Source of the DNA: Patellaria atrata CBS 101060
Lineage: Eukaryota
Reading direction: 5' to 3'
NCBI GenBank assembly: GCA_010093705.1
Contig: MU006097.1
Coordinates: 968,715 to 1,032,714 of the forward strand
DNA length: 64,000 bases
Shown: positions 62,101-64,000 of the stretch, one piece after another
How positions within the stretch are numbered: the first letter of the stretch is position 1
How the letters are laid out: each line of letters begins with the position of its first letter
Program-made: the position numbers and the translations under genes
The notes under the pieces: generated by a model
Database searches by the model: none
Told to the model about the DNA's origin: nothing
The model's input: the letters and a program-made list of their open reading frames with translations, nothing else

Positions 62101-64000
62101 CGCCCCTGGTCCGGTTGGTTCGGGCGGTCATGGGGATGCCACCGTAAAGATCGTCCAGGAGAGGTGCTGGCATGGAAACTGTAGCCTCACTACTACTCCA
62201 GCATAGTTCCTCCTTAAAAAGCACGACAATTTACGAAACTCTTACTGGATAACTACTGATGGCTGGCTTCGTGCAGGAGAGTGAAAATCATACCACCTTT
62301 TCCCGCACTCGACTCTTCCTCGGCGAGGAGGGTACCTGGAGGTCCATCTCGGATGCCTGGCGAACCCAGATTAACAAACGGCAATCGTACCGGCCCATGT
62401 TTCGAGTTATTATAACGCTACGCGTGCGGAAATACCTCTAATAATGAGCTATTATTAACGGAACGTAATCCGGGTGGTCGCCTGAAGGTAGGATCATGAC
62501 TTTACCGGGCTAGCTAAAGCAACCTCAATCGCAAATGTCGAATCAATATTATTCCCAATCAACCAAAAAGATGAAATTGTTTCGAGGGGACGAACTTTTC
62601 GAAGCCTTTATTCTTAAGAAGTTAAAAGAAGCAACCAAGAGAGATACGGGTAAGGTAGACACGTGTGCCCCGTGCCGTGTACCGTAAAGGAAAGCGAACT
62701 GTGGAGAAAAGCGGGTGCATCAACGCTATGGCCACAGGGCGGGCTGTCAAAATCTAAACAGGAATAGCTCCCCTATGTCCAACTCCGGATCAGTGAACTC
62801 GCAGAGATCCGCAATCTACGGGAATCGTTATTTGTATGTTTTTTCATCATTACGGAATTCGTGCCATACAGTACGAGTGTTTCATATCCGCTTATCGTGA
62901 AGGAGCGTCGACGGTGAGCATAAAGTAAAAGTTACATTGAACATTGGGTTTCCTGGATCCTGGAACCGGAATTCATTTGTGTCCGCATATGAAGCAATTC
63001 ACACAAAGTCCAGTTTGGCGTCCTTTTCTTGAGTAGATTTTCCGTAACTTACGGGTAGGAACTGACCTGGACAGTTCCTCGTCCTTTTTCCTGCATGTAT
63101 CACAATAAAGATGCCCTCAAATTCCAGCAGCCCCTAAAATATCTAAATCCTGCATAAGGTGCATAAGTCACTCTCAGGAGAACCACCCGAGCTGTTGGTT
63201 CAAGTTTAAGACCAATAATTCCCCAATTCAAAATCACCCCAATGATACGGGTAGCGAAAAGAGCCAAACGCGAGCTCTACTGGCCACCGATATCTGTAAT
63301 CTGTCAAATCCTTTTTGCTCTACAGGTTCTCCCTCAGATCATTTTGCTGACCGTGGTACTGGATATCTACCCTCCTACCGTACGACGTTTAATTAGAGAC
63401 CCTGAAGCGTGACTTATGGTCGCCACGTATTCACGACAACACGAGTTCAAAAGTTCATGCTCCGTTATAACACTTCATGCGTCCTTTCTCAACCGCAATA
63501 AGTTGGGGGAAGCGTTCTCTCTGCGCACCTAGCAGGTCTTAGAATTACAGTATGGTGTTGGAGATTAAGACACAGACTACGGTACCAAATGCAAAAATCC
63601 CACAAATCACGATGAAAACGTCCTAATCTAGGCTGCAAAGACCACTTTCTTTGCAAAGTATGTAGATAAGTGCATTTTCTTCAGAGATCGCGATCTCCCC
63701 AATTCAGTTGTAGAAGAAAATAGAAGATTTCCCGCCTTGGAAGCCTAATCTCCTTTCTTCCTCCGTACAGTAAGTTAATTCTACTGTACAGTAAGTGCCG
63801 TTCCTGTCCGCCCACACTTTTTGGGCAGAGTCAACTGCATTTAAAACCCTGAACGAAATTACCCAAACCAGATATCAGTTCTTTTCTTAGCTTTCCTTAT
63901 TCGAGAAGCGCTCTCTTGTTTCTATTACACTTCTAAGATCAGCCAACACATCTCACAACTTTCATGATTACTTTCTGCCACAAATCTTGAGTAACCCCGA

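Overview
Eukaryotic, intron-containing DNA from a filamentous ascomycete (Pezizomycotina), judged from GT-AG introns with CTRAY branch points, Zn2Cys6 regulators, a HET-domain gene and nsdD. About 16 intact protein genes can be built by hand. Left (1-23 kb): hypothetical protein, fluoroacetate-dehalogenase-like hydrolase, HET-domain protein, AAAP amino-acid permease, Zn2Cys6 TF, SDR, AhpD/CMD-like protein, Pmp3, CNOT11-like protein and NAD kinase. Middle (23-44 kb): gene-poor, with gene relics around a GC-rich two-gene island (FSH1/LovG-type serine hydrolase plus AflR-like TF) and no PKS/NRPS in the window. Right (44-64 kb): BUD32, a conserved low-complexity protein, glutamate-cysteine ligase and the nsdD GATA factor. 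The most striking unannotated signal is a ~2.6 kb stretch with no credible ORF (49.8-52.4 kb) that folds by eye into long nested stems, with end-to-end pairing, a U-rich pseudoknot and a terminal 5' splice site. It is a candidate large structured RNA resembling fungal telomerase RNA, but it lacks the canonical TTAGGG template. All calls come from manual reading; no searches or folding programs were run.
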